A stretch of 54,408 bases of DNA, filler included, from Bipalium vagum (lineage: Eukaryota): assembly GCA_037834085.1 (NCBI GenBank). It is 3 parts of 3 records of this genome, joined end to end, with 100 filler letters (N's around TTAATTAATTAA, not from the genome) between each part and the next. Parts side by side here need not be neighbours in the genome. Positions count along the whole stretch, not along the records: positions 1 to 17,895 come from JBBMKC010047300.1; positions 17,996 to 37,348 come from JBBMKC010004720.1; 1 more part is not named here. One strand, 5' to 3'. Position 1 is the first letter of the stretch. Each line of letters starts with the position of its first letter. Shown piece by piece: positions 14,291 to 26,939 of this stretch. The translations under genes and the position numbers were made by a program. The notes below the pieces were generated by a model, which was given only the letters and a program-made list of their open reading frames with translations, did no database searches and was not told the origin of the DNA.

Positions 14291-14984
14291 TATTAGTTGA
14301 CATGAATTTCTTCAATGAATTTGAACAAAAACCATGGCTAGATTTATTGATTAATTTATTAAATCATTAAAAGACTTATTAATGATACAATAACTAAATT
14401 TCTTATTAATGAAACAAATCGGCAAAAACCATATATATAGTATGAAAGTAAGGATTTAAAAATATAAGCAATAATTATGAAAAAACTTTAATTCAGATCT
14501 TATATGATATAATAACATTTGAATAATCCTTTATAATTATTTAATATAAGAACGAAGTCATTTTAATGATAATATCTCGAAATCAAATTTGATCTTAAAG
14601 TTAGAGTGCCTTTCAAAATCTGGGAAAGATAAGCGCCTCAATTATTTGAAAAGTAATTAAAGTTAATTTATAAAATTATTACTTTATATTATTAATGTTA
14701 TAAATTAAAAAAAATTCTGAATGCCTTTAACTCATAATAACATTTTTTAATTTCTCAGTGTTTTTTTCTAATAATTACGGACAAAAATTTATATATATTT
14801 ATTAATAATTTTTATTTTAAAAAATATTTATTTTATTTTTTATTGATTTTTAAAAAATCCTGATTTATATAAAAAAAACGAAAATTCACTTAGAAAATAT
14901 CAAATGTAATAAAGTTAATTAAATATATAGAATCTTAAAAAATTAGAAAAATTGGGAACAAAAATTAATAACTACAAAGTGATT

Positions 14985-15110
14985 TGACATCGTAACTCAA
15001 GAAGGTTATGTTATAAAGATCTACGTTCCAGGATCTTTTCTTTTCTGAACATGGGCTATTTGAGATGTTTTCCATTTTATTGGACGTTTTAAGCCATTCA
15101 TAGATTAATT
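14985..15110 (-). mobile_element. Possible LINE reverse-transcriptase scrap
   Basis: KWKTSQIAHVQKRKDPG then, frameshifted, NITFLS..KSL; resembles the WK.A.I.P..K.KDP...YRPITLLS motif. Confidence 0.4.
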
Positions 15111-17895
15111 TTAAAATAAAAAAAGATTGTCTACTGTAAATTTGCACTCAGGTATTGCAAATTGGAAACCCAAAATCCCATAACCAACTTATGAGAGCAT
15201 GTTCCTAAATATTTTCAAAAAAGATATATTGCAAAAATTGAGATAAATTATCTTCCACCATAATAGTAATATGTATTTAAGTAACTTGTAAAATTAAAAA
15301 CGAAAATGTACTTTTTACAAAGGAGATGACTACTGAATCACATTGAACATCATGGATCATTAAAAAATTGCTTTCCTATCACAAAATTATGTTAAAACAT
15401 TAAGAATAAAAATATTATATTTCCACAAAAAAGAAAAAAACGAAGAAAGAACTGTTTTTCATTACCGTTTATGGTTGAAAATTATATATGATTAGTAACA
15501 ATAATAATGTACCACTAAAACTAGCACATATCAATTAATGATGAAAAGGAAATTAATTATTTAATTAAGGTTTTTATGCTTGAACTATTTCCATTTATTA
15601 GTAAAGAATTATTCAAATAAAAAAATATATTATAAAACTAAAAATTAATTATTAACTAAAATATAATAAAATCCTTTTAAGTATTTTTAAAGAAAATATT
15701 AACTTTAGTATTTGTTTTACAGATGAAGACTGATTTTTCAAAAATGTATAAAACATCATAATTAAAAAAATACATCTTAAATTTAAAAAATAAAAAATGA
15801 AAAACAAAACAATTAATTATTAAAATAATTTCATTTTTATCCAATTAAAAATAAAAGAAAAATTACAACATTGATCTTTGCGATTTATTAATCATATTTA
15901 TATGTGTCTAGGTTTAATCTCGAGATGAAATTAGCTGGGATTGCAAAATTGATCGTTTTCGAAATAATTTGTATTTTTGGGAATTTTTACAATTGTTTTA
16001 GTAAAAATTTTTGACTAGAAGCCAAATTTTCTATAATAATTATTCACTTCAACTAAAAATCTTCAGAACAACGAAATTGTTTCAATTAAGCGTCTCAACT
16101 TATATCATTTTTTTCTCCACTGAATCCATTAAAGTTTTTTGACAATGTTTTTGTCAGTAAATTCGTTGCATATTACTTATTATTTTCTCTTTAAAATTAA
16201 ACGAAATAATATATTTATTTTTAAATTAATAGCACCACCAGGATTCTCCATTCATCATAAAATTTAAGAATGGCATCAACTTTTCGAAAACAGGGAATTA
16301 TTATTTTGATACACATTTCTCCACAGTTATTTCAAGATGATCTCTAATGTGAATTTGTTTTGGAAATAATTTCAGATTTAAATTAACAATTAATCTCAAA
16401 GAGGGAGAGAGAGAGAGTGAGAATAATATTCCTAAATCTTATATAAGCAGTTAAAAATGATTATGACAGAATAGTTACAATAAGCCTCTCCTCCTTGAGC
16501 AAAAATCTGTTTTATTTTGAAAGAATATAAATTCCTTATGTAATTATCTAATTACATAACGAAATAACACGTAACTGTGATTTGCATATAGATTATATAT
16601 GTGTTAAGCTTTTTGTCAATATTTTCGATTAATTAACATAAAATAATTTTTTATAAAATGTTTTTTTTGGTATGCAAAATTCTGTTTGACAAAAAATTAA
16701 TACTTTGCATAAAATAATTGCATACTTTGAGCAAAAAAAATCCAAGCATCGATGAATTAATGAAACAAATTTATTATGAATTTATTAATATATAAATAAT
16801 ACTTATATTAATATAAAATATATTCACAAAGTTCTAATATGAAATAAATCGCAAAACCCAATAATTAAAACCACTACAACTTACACGATTCCGAGATTTT
16901 CTATTAACTATTACTAAAAAAATTATCTAAACATAAAACAAATAGAAACCAATTTTAACAATCAATATATTATTTATATATAAAGTGAGATTGCTTCAGT
17001 GTAAGATATGAATGTTATCTATTTTTAATAAACATAAACATGAGAAATTACAGTTCTACATAATTTTTAAGATATTAAGAACAAACTAGGAAAACAGAAT
17101 GTTTTCATAACGATTTTTTTTTGCATTTTTGATATTATTACCAAAGATGTAAACTGATCGTTCTGAAAATATAAATTAAGTAAAAATTATTTATTTAAAA
17201 TTCAGGTATGTCCTGAAACATTTGATCTTATTTTTATTAAACAGAGAAAACAGAAGAACGAAACAAGAAACCAATGAAAGGAAATATAGCAGACAATGAT
17301 GATAATAAAAATGAAGATTGATTTGAAAGAAACGTTAGCTGTATTTAGTGAAAATTTCATCGACTTATTCCAAATAATCCGCTCATTTATTTTGATGAAT
17401 TAATATAATTATTGGAAATCGTCTTTCAAGGAATTTTTATTAAACTTCAAACTGTATCTTTATTTTATGAAAGTTACAATGCTTTGGTTATCTGAAAATC
17501 GATGCCGTTGAAATCCTGGAAATTACAGAACATAGAATGTCGAAAAACATTGAAAAGTTTAATTAATTGATTTGGGTTATTATTTTTGTTATCAAAGCAT
17601 TATATAATTTTTTATTTCAACAAAGAAAAAAGGATTGAGTACAGTTCTAATGTATTAGACATTCATGCAAACCATTGTACATCTTTAAGTACGATTTTAT
17701 TAATTTTGATTAAGAATGGGTCCTAAATGTTTCTTTCTTCATCATTATCAAAATTACTTATTCCGTTGCATATTTACAACTCTCAATGGGATTCCAAACT
17801 CTTAACCAATTGGAATTTAGTAAAAATTTAGAGACCTAAAATAATTTTAAAATTCTCATTTATCAAAATATTTAATTGTCGAAAATATTAAATAT

Positions 17896-17995
17896 NNNNN
17901 NNNNNNNNNNNNNNNNNNNNNNNNNNNNNNNNNNNNNNNTTAATTAATTAANNNNNNNNNNNNNNNNNNNNNNNNNNNNNNNNNNNNNNNNNNNN
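17896..17995. other. Artificial assembly spacer
   Basis: Exactly 44 N + TTAATTAATTAA (stops in all six frames) + 44 N = 100 nt. Confidence 0.97.
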
Positions 17996-18920
17996 TTATT
18001 ATTATTAATTATTATTATTATTCAATAATTGTTTAAAATATACATATAATCAACCCATTATAACCCTCGTAACATAATATGTGACGGTTCAGAATTTTTC
18101 GAACTACAAAGTTAAAATGTTAATTAAAAGATCGATATAATAAGAGAGTGGGGAAAATCAAGGTATAGTTAATATAATCGACCCAGGTTTACTTAATTAG
18201 CCACAGAAAATAAAGTTGATTAATGAAGAATAATCAGATTAGAAAATGTTCGGTAATTCTTTTTCTTTGATCTTACCAAAAGATTGTTTAATCATTGCCA
18301 CACATATTTCACTAATATTTTAATTCTCGTACCATTCTTTGTCTCCCGTAACGTTTGAATGCCTCATTACGTGTAAAAGTACATCAATATTACATTTAAA
18401 CAATATACATTGTTCTGTTTTTATCTTAAACATTTTCTAAGTTCTTACTTGTCGTTTTTAATAAATCATAGTAATGAATATATATGAATAATATAATAAT
18501 ATAATAAATAAATAAAAATAATAATAAATAATATATAAATAAAGTTGAAAAAATATTTTTAAAATCATTATCAAAGATGTAGCAAATCATTAAAAACAAT
18601 TCTTTTAATAAAGAATTGTGCATTTCAACAAATCCTACCCATTGTAAATGTAGAACATATTATCAAACCAAATGAGAAAGGAAAGAAGCATATTTAAACA
18701 AATTCATCACAATAGATAGAACTAAAGACCTGTTTAAAATTATTTATATTTTTTCCAAACGATACGACTAATGTTTTGCGTTTTTCAAATATCCTCCTAA
18801 ATTCTTTTATTTTTAATAACAGCCATTATTTAAGTGAAAAAATATTTATTATAAAGTTAAAAAATTAAGAGGGAAAAGAAAAAAATTTTTGTTACAGGTG
18901 TGTAATAATTAATGAAATAA

Positions 18921-19219
18921 GAGGAAATTAAAGAAGCAGAAGAAGAAAAAGAGAAGTTGGAGATTTACCAGTTATACTAATCTTAGGAACAATTTTTGCT
19001 GGTTTACGTACAGCTGGTAAAGCAACTGGTTAAATTGCTACAGGTGTACAAGAAGCAAAAGTAGCACAAAAACAGATTTAGGATAAAGGAAGTTGGAAAT
19101 GGAAATGGATAAACCAAAACCAAGAGGTAGCAACTTGGGATAAGTTATACTTTGACCGAGCTAGTGGAGCTGGTTTATATCTTGATCCATATCTTAGAAA
19201 AGGATTAAGAGTCCGCATT
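18921..19219 (+). pseudogene. Polinton/Maverick (adintovirus) pX-like virion protein remnant
   Basis: Frame from 18950 reads REVGDLPVILILGTIFAGLRTAGKATG*IATGVQEAKVAQKQI*...ASGAGLYLDPYLRKGL, resembling the GG(F/I)LPLIP..FAGL.A.G....IA.AV..AK.AQKQ...G.GLYL.PY pattern of Polinton pX-like proteins; two in-frame stops. Confidence 0.7.
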
Positions 19220-19222
19220 ATA

Positions 19223-19445
19223 CCGGGTGCGGAGTAAAAATTGCGACTTTTGCAAAACAAATTTCAACTAAGAACTTCGAAGAAATACTTTCATTTATAC
19301 AACAAATATCATTATGCAGATAGATATGCACAGATTTTATTTATTCAATTAATCCACCATTAGTCTAATTTTGACTAACAGAAAAAAGTTATTGGCGTCA
19401 AAACAAAATGATATTTAACAGTTGCAATTTTTGTTCCGCACCCGG
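19223..19445. mobile_element. Tc1/mariner-type MITE (223 bp)
   Basis: TIRs ccgggtgcggagtaaaaattgcgac / gttgcaatttttgttccgcacccgg flanked by TA at 19221-22 and 19446-47. Confidence 0.88.
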
Positions 19446-21506
19446 TATTTAGAAGGATATTTGAAAAACGCAAAATATTAGTCGTATCATTTGGAAAAAT
19501 ATAAATAATTTTTATCAGGTCTTTAGTTCTATCTATTGTGATGAATTTGTTTAAATAAGCTAATTTAATTATAATTTTACTGTTGCGATATTTTGAAATT
19601 TAGTTTGAGACACGATAAATATTTTGAAAATATAAATAAAATCTGTTGATATTTTACGCAGAAAAATTAATTATTATTATTCCGATTCATTTAAACAAAA
19701 TACTTCAGTACCAATTTAAATAATAATTATATTCTCAACATTGATAGAAATATAAAAATAATAATATCTTTGTTTGGAAATCATTTATGGAAAGAACGGA
19801 TCAAGACTCGTATCAAGTCTGAAATGATATATTATTTTGAGACATTCTGATATTTTGTTGATCAGATTATATTGATTAAAGCATCAGATGGTCTGATATT
19901 GGAAAGAATGAATTAATGATTAATTGAAAGAGATTTTTCTCTTAGGATCAATTCCAATTCGAACGGAAATCTCGGTTGAGTTATTTATTAGTGCAAAATA
20001 AATTTTTGGAAATCCTAAATTAATTACTATCTTTTAATTAACTTTAATTCCAGCTGTAATAAATCTAATTTATTTAATTGGGAGAGCTTTTAAAGATTTA
20101 AATCAATTTTGTTTTAAAATTATTAGAAAAAAATTTGCAATTTAAATAATTGGTAAAAATAAATATTTGTTTATTTATTTAAAAATTTTTTCCACATCTT
20201 TTTTTATTATAATTTGCTAAATAAAGAGATTAAATTGAAGCTTGAACAATATTCTCGTGTTACCAGTTCCTGACTTCAATCATAAAAATCGTCAGAACAT
20301 AAATCTACTACCAACCATATTGGTTTAGAGTCAGATTGTTAGTGGTTTTGGTAAATATATAATTATTAATAAAATTAAAAATCTGACCATTAAGGTTTTA
20401 ATAAGTGTATCAGTCTAATATCAGGTATAGATAACGAGAAAAATTCTTTTTTCAATAACAAATTTATTTATTCGTTTACTCTAAGTAAACCTTAACAAAT
20501 TTAAGTAAGGATAGTTAAACAAAAATAAATATCATTTTCTTAAACTAATTATTACTAATATTGTACCATTTCAGAGTCAGAAATTGGTAATCTGGTTCTT
20601 CATTCTTTTTGTTAAAAGGATTTTAAATTTTTAATGTTATTCTCCTTGATATTTTTCTGTTGTAAACTTATTCAAAATATTAATACTATTATTCATTTTA
20701 TAGTTATTTCGGAAAGTTCTTCTTTTGAGCATCAATGATTTTTTGTAAGTAATAAATTTTAAAAATTAAATCAAAACTCTGTTGATGGCCTTTTGTTCTT
20801 TCTTTTATATATAATTTCAAAGCTTAATTAAAATTACAATTAGAATTTAAAAATAATCAATAAAATTAACCATGAAATAAATCATTAAAACATCTTATAA
20901 ATGCGAGAGTAAAATCAAATTTCAGCCATAATTTTATTAAAAATGTATAGCTTACCTAAATATTTAATATTATCAATAGTAGTCCCAGAAATTGAAGGTT
21001 ATTAATAAGAACATTTTAACTAAAACAGGTTAAAGAATTGATGTAATAAAAGCAATATATTACCTAGTTAAAAATATGCTTGGTATTTTATATTTATTAA
21101 TATAGTTTTTAGGTATAATTTCCTAAAATAAAATAATATTATATTTAATTATTTTATAAATATTAATAAATTGGATAATTATTAAATTAGCTTAAACTTA
21201 CTTAACTTTAAACGTTGAGAATTAATATAAATTTTCTTTTTAAAAACATTTTTGGAAAAAATTATTTTATATTTTTTTTATTTATTTATATTTATTTACT
21301 ATTTATATTTTTATGATCCTATATTCGTTTATTTATTTTTCTATGTTTTTATTACACTTTGTTTAATTTATATATTTATATATATTATAATTTTATGATC
21401 ATTTTTTCAGATTTTTCATTAAGCAAAATTAAGGAATCTAAGGAATCTAAGAGGGTCAAGTATTTTTAATAATTTTCAAAAGTACCGCAAAACAAAATAC
21501 ACGTAC

Positions 21507-21953
21507 CTGAATTAAATAATTCACTAATTTACACATGAAGCTTCCCAATAACCAGTTGAGCATCATATAGTGGACGCTGGTCAAGGGTACGGCCAACAAT
21601 AGAAACGCAATATCTGTAAATGCTAGACCAATGCAAAATATCTCATAAATCAACTTATACTGATTTCGCAACATTATTATAATAACGATCGTGTTGCTTA
21701 TCACTCCCACGACGCAAATTAATACCCAAATTGTTACTAGATAGTATACTTTATGGGATAAACTGAACGCACTCATTTTCGAACTGAATTTATCTTGCAA
21801 TATTGCTCTTAAGTCTTTGGAGTCATTTTTTAACGACGTATCACCTAAAATCCGTATTATATCTTGATAAGCGTTTGACAATGTTGATAAGTTGGATTCA
21901 CCGGAGAAAAAAGTTCGGAAAGTATCGATCAAGATATTATACTTTGAATCCAT
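21507..21953 (-). CDS. Rhodopsin-class neuropeptide GPCR (kisspeptin/galanin/allatostatin-A receptor family), first coding exon (N-terminus to start of TM3)
   Basis: Acceptor CCCTTGCAG| at 21975, ATG at 21953; N-terminal sequons NLS and NDS; TM1 ..VVGVISNTIVIII; TM2 GLAFTDIAFLLLAVPLT; ECL1/TM3 WLLGSFMCKLVNYLIQ; donor CAG|GTACGT at 21506. Downstream exons not found before the spacer. Confidence 0.88.
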
Positions 21954-22179
21954 TGAAAGTAAAGAAAATGAAACCTGCAAGGGAAAATATAAAGAAATCA
22001 AATTTTTCTTCAATTGGCTGAAAATGACCCAATGAATATTTAATTTTCATTTTAAAATTATTTTAAATTTCTGTCTAAAATGAATAAAAAAAACTTTAAC
22101 TTTTTCAGTCATGCTACTGGAGGAAATAAATTATTATTTTTGAAAATTATTTTTTAAGTATAAAAAGAGATTATATTCA

Positions 22180-22400
22180 GCAAAATTTGAAAAATCAAGC
22201 AGTTATTGAGTATTTTTTAAAAGAGAATTAACGGCGAAAGAAATTCATACGGATATGGTAAATGGGCTCCTTCCTGTACCATAGTATTAGGTTGCTGCAA
22301 ATGTAACCGTAAATCAGTTAAGGATGATCTATACAGTGGTTTCCCAATATTGTGTCGACAACAAAAGTTATTGATGAAGTACATTTTAATGTTACACTAA
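22180..22400 (+). mobile_element. Mariner (irritans-like) N-terminal remnant
   Basis: QAVIEYFL..LTAKEIHTDMV... HTH remnant. Confidence 0.6.
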
Positions 22401-22472
22401 GATGTCCCCACTACGTTCATGCAATTTTTATGGTAAGAATTACATGAATACTTATAATAATATTTATTTATA

Positions 22473-23870
22473 TTAGGTTGTCCGGAAAGTCTTGCGATTT
22501 TTCATTATGGATGATTTTAATTTTTTTTTGTATGTCTGAATGCAATAAACAGTTAAAGTATTTTTTTATTATAGGATATACAAATACATGGCTTAACCTC
22601 ACATTTCAAATATTTGACATTTAATTATTAAAATTTAACATTACAAATTTTTTATATTTGAGATGAAAATGTATTTGTTTATACAAATACAAACACAAAT
22701 TTAAATCACAAAAATGATAAACAACGAAATGCGAAGAAAAATCATAGAGGCCTATGATAGCGGGCATTCAAAAAAGCAAATCACAGAAATAATGAGCGTA
22801 AAGATATCTTCGATCTATTCAATTATAAAGGTAATTTTTATCCATGCTTTTTCTGTTGCATGTATATTATAACATTTTAGATATTTATGTCTGTAAACAG
22901 AAACCCTCGAAATTTAAAAGGGGTTTCAAGAAAGAGAATAATTGAGAATAATCATGTGGAGTCCATACATAAATACATAGATTTCGATTGTTCAATAACT
23001 TTGAATAACACTACGTCAGCATTATGAAAATTCACAGATATGTTAAATCATTCCACTACACGATGAAAAGAACAATCTTAATACCTACAAGGAGAAATGA
23101 TCAGAAATCTTTAGATGACCACGAAAATATACCAATGATTTCTTTCATTTAATATCAATTATTGATGAGAACTGCTTCTATTTCGTGAATTAAGTCGGTT
23201 TTAATGTATCTATGAGATGCAAACATGGCCGATCTCACAGAGGTACAAATGCAGTCCAAAATGTGTATGGATTAAGATCCAGAATTATTTGAATTAATTG
23301 GAAATGTAAAAAAATATAATTGAATGTTAAAAATTTGAAATGTGAGGTTAAGCCCTGCATTTATATTTTACAAAAATTTCAAATTTGTATATATATATAA
23401 TACTTGCATTTTATACATCGCATATGTCAAAATCAAAATGAACATTTTAGACATATTACACTTTATAACTTTTAAAAAGGCAAAACAGCTGTCGACACAC
23501 ATCGAAAACTATGTAGTTTATGGTAAAGATGAAATAAAAGAGTGCACTTGCAAGATATGGTATACCAAATTTTGTGCCGGAAATTTTTCGATTCCAGATT
23601 CATCACATTCTGGTAAGGCATTTCAACTTAATGAAGACCAATTAAAGGCAATTATCGAAAATGATATAATATTACCTTTTGTGAAATCGAAAAGAAGTTG
23701 GATTTGTCAAAAAAATTTGATGATCATTTAAGAAATTTGGGATATTCAAAAAAGCTTGGTATTTGAATCCCACATAAAATTGGTGAAATTCAACTTATCA
23801 ATATTTGTGACATGCTTCTCAAACGTAATCAAAGTAATCTATTTTTGAAAAACCTGTTAACCAGTTATGA
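22473..23870 (+). mobile_element. 3'-truncated mariner interrupted by a nested element
   Basis: TA+TIR ttaggttgtccggaaagtc at 22473; the transposase resumes after 23357 (YGKDEIKECTCKIWYTKFCAGNFS...EDQLKAIIEND, KLGI*IPH). Confidence 0.8.
22587..23357 (+). mobile_element. Internally deleted Tc1/IS630-like element with an intron-containing transposase
   Basis: About 40-bp TIRs ca(t/g)ggcttaacctcacatttcaaat; exon 22714-22830 MINNEMRRKIIEAYDSGHSKKQITEIMSVKISSIYSIIK; intron 22831-22880 (GTAATT...TTTTAG); then IFMS...KYIDFDCSITL, FHYTMKRTILIPTRRN, VGFNVSMR..GRS.RGT.AV. Confidence 0.85.
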
Positions 23871-23944
23871 TATTTGTCTGGAAAAAATCTTCACTGAACT
23901 TCAAAGACTGCAACTGATTTTGTAGAAAAATATTCAATAACAAG

Positions 23945-24250
23945 ATGTTCAAGACTCGAAAGAGAGAGTAGACTTAATCATTAAAAACGTAGAGAAGAAG
24001 ATTATTTACTTGGTTGATTTAAAATTTCTTTACGAAACTTTGGTATAAGTGATAATAAAAATATAGTAATCGGACTTGAAGAAAACAATTATTAAACTGA
24101 TTATAAAATCCAACTGAAGACGCTGATTATTGGATCTCTTGGGACTATTGATCCGGATGCAATAGACATACTAATCAATATTAGAACTCAAAAAAGGAAA
24201 TCAAATGCACCCTTAAAGTCATGTTCAATATTAAACATTGAGCAAGATTT
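23945..24250 (+). mobile_element. 3' remnant of an RLE-type non-LTR retrotransposon (R2/NeSL/R4-like)
   Basis: ERVDLIIKNVEKKIIYLVDLKFLYE and QLKTLIIGSLGTIDP match the RPDL...D...P(Y/F)E and IIGSLG motifs of restriction-like endonuclease domains. Confidence 0.6.
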
Positions 24251-25869
24251 AAAACTTCCGAGCTAATGGATACTTGGTTAACTTTATATAGATTGAAGAA
24301 AATCAATTTTTCCGCTGAATGAAATTTATCATAAACCCATGCTGGTTGATTACTTGTTTATTTAATTTATAAGCCTTGTCTACGTCAATTTCTTTTATAA
24401 ATAAAATGTTATATAAAATAATTGAAAATATTATTATTATATTATTTATTATTATTATTAAAACATTTTCTCTTTACTTAATAATATTAAGTAATACAAG
24501 GTAATCTTCCACATTTCACTTTATTGGATTTAAACAAACAAATCGTGCTATTTCTCCTCTAAAAATTATTAATATTTTATCAATCAAAATTAATTAATAT
24601 CACTTTCTTTTATTTCCTCATTTATCTCTACTAATTGATCACGACTTTACTCGAATATGTGGAATTATGCTGTTAATTAATAATAATCAAATTCATTATT
24701 TCTATTCCATTAGTTATAAAACGACCAGACGCTGGCCTGTAAGGGATTATTACATTTATAATAATTTTGTGCATAAAAGAACTTAAGTGAAAGATAACAC
24801 TAAAAATCTGTCAAATTCGTCATTATGGGCCAAAAGCTTTAGAAATGACCATTCTCAAATAAAACTCAATCAATTTGGTATTGCCTGACGCTTTCATTTA
24901 ATAAGACCTGTACTTCTTTCTTCCTTTAGGGTAACTATGAGCCGTGTAATTCTCCTTCGTGATAATAAATAATAAAAAATAAATAATCATTCGTGAATAC
25001 GACATTTTTCATTGTTGCAGCCTTACAATGTTATCTTCATTGCCTGACAAATTCATTCTTTTGTTCCTAAAGAGTTCTTTTATCAATATTAAATAATATT
25101 TTACGTACTTAATGTGAATTTCGTTTGCTTGCCCTTTTACTAAATACAACTAGGTCATGGATAAATGACTTCTTGGTTGATTTCACTTTGAATCCATGAA
25201 CCCTTGATGGCTTTTCATGGGCACCCTAATGATTATAATTGCAATTCTTTGACAAACATAGACTAATTCGTGATTCAACATTTCTGCTTATATTTAATAA
25301 AAGAAAGTTTATCAAATTTTTATTCATGTACAATACAACGGTCTGAAGTGAATATTCAAAAATCCTTTACTGCCTTTTGACCACAGTAATGATTGAGAGC
25401 AGTAAAATTATCACGTACTCCTAAAATGAAGTCTAAGCTTTAACAATTTGGCATAATTATAATAAATATGAAATAATTAATTAATTTTTTAATATTTATT
25501 TAAAAATTCCAAAGTGAACATTTTCCAAATTATTATCAATTTTTATTTTCAATTTTTTCTAAGATTTCCTTTAGTTTAAACTGGGTAAAAATCGACTTTA
25601 ATTAACGGTTTTTTAAAATTTTTTGATTTTACTTAGTGGTACTAAAGAAGACTAAAACAGGAAATTTTTTCGTGGAATTTTTCTTTTAAAAATTTTTTAT
25701 TGATTTTTATTAAAATTTATTTATTTTACGGGAAAATTTTAAATTTTGTAGAAAAGACAGGATCAGAAATGATACTCACGTTCTGCTGTTTAATAATTTT
25801 TAGTAGTGAATATGATATCATTGGATGTTTATTGAAAAAAAGAACCGTTAGGCTCTAGGCTTACAGAAA

Positions 25870-26392
25870 AGTTATTTGAACTAGAGGCCTGGCAAGCATT
25901 GAAGTGGCTTCGTTCTAATTTCCTTGATAATTATATGCGAATGGTATCCACCGATTGTTTTATACATACCAAAGGCTGGGTTATAACATGTCATTAAAAA
26001 TGCATTTTCTGCATTCCCACTTAGATTTCATCAAACTCAATGTAGTCTCAGTTAGCGATGAACAAGATGAATGATTTCAACTGGAATTTGTGACTATGGA
26101 CAAAGGAATTATGGCTGATTACTGTTGGATGTTATATCGTAATAATACATCGAAAAAATAGAAAACTTAATTCCGACAATAACAAATTCTGAATTGTGAA
26201 ATATGTATTTGTACTTCTTATGTCTTTTATTTATAGTAAGATATTGAATTTTTAGTAAATACCTCATCTACAATATCTCTAGAACGTGCTAAAAATAATC
26301 TGGTTATATTTTCGGAATCAGCGTGAAAAAATGGATAAGAAAAAGTTTATGTCATCTCAGTTGATTAAGCAATATTTTTTTGTAAACGAGTT
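25870..26392 (+). mobile_element. 3' remnant of a Chapaev-3-like (CMC) DNA transposon
   Basis: ELEAWQALKW..NFL, GYNMSLKMHFLHSHLDF, VSDEQDE*FQ, MADYCWML. Confidence 0.7.
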
Positions 26393-26599
26393 CTATTAAA
26401 ATTTTCTTACTAAAAAAAATATTTTTGAGCACAATAGAAATCAAATCAAATATCTGATCAAAATAAAATATCATTCATACGTTTTCATTACCGAAAATAG
26501 TTATCATAAAGGATCACATATTGTAAAAGATAAATGATTGTAAAAATGTAACAATTCTGACACTATAAATTTTTAGAAGAATGCTTACAATGGATTGTG

Positions 26600-26820
26600 G
26601 GTCATGGTGACTTCACATGGTTGAATCATACACTTTACCACTGGGCAGATACGGGTGATAGTGAAAATGTTGATTGACCAGAGAGTTGACTTACGTTCTA
26701 GTGGTGAAAGAGTTTCGCACACACTGCTACAGATCTCCTGTAGTAGATCTTCTTGGTATGAGTAATCTGTTGTCTATCAGGCGGTATAACCACAACAGCC
26801 TGGACTTGACAAAGTGGTAT
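26600..26820 (-). mobile_element. Possible LINE (RTE-like) C-terminal scrap
   Basis: GC-richer island; VKSRLLWLYRLIDNRL / KKIYY resembles RLRW.GH..R...RLPK.I.Y. Confidence 0.35.
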
Positions 26821-26939
26821 ATAGAAAAAAGCTAAAATAGATAACACTAAATATCAGATGGAAAACATGTAGAAAGTTAACAAATTAGAAAATAGCTCAT
26901 TTAGAAAATATATATAAATAAATATCAGGTAACAAAAAA

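Larger units (their letters stand above)
18687..19561. mobile_element. Long-inverted-repeat element (about 115-bp arms) enclosing a Polinton-like gene fragment and a nested MITE
   Basis: 18687-18802 is the reverse complement of 19447-19561 with few mismatches; no TSD seen. Confidence 0.8.

Noticed and set aside
17755-17835. Minus-strand acceptor followed by VSKFLLNSNW as the next GPCR exon
   Set aside because: No TM3/DRY similarity, an early stop, and it lies across an artificial spacer.
17940-17951. TTAATTAATTAA palindromes as regulatory or piggyBac sites
   Set aside because: The exact 44N-12-44N layout occurring twice shows they are synthetic.
24500-25430. Possible Polinton polymerase or other coding remnant
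   Set aside because: The part I translated had many stops and no recognisable motif.
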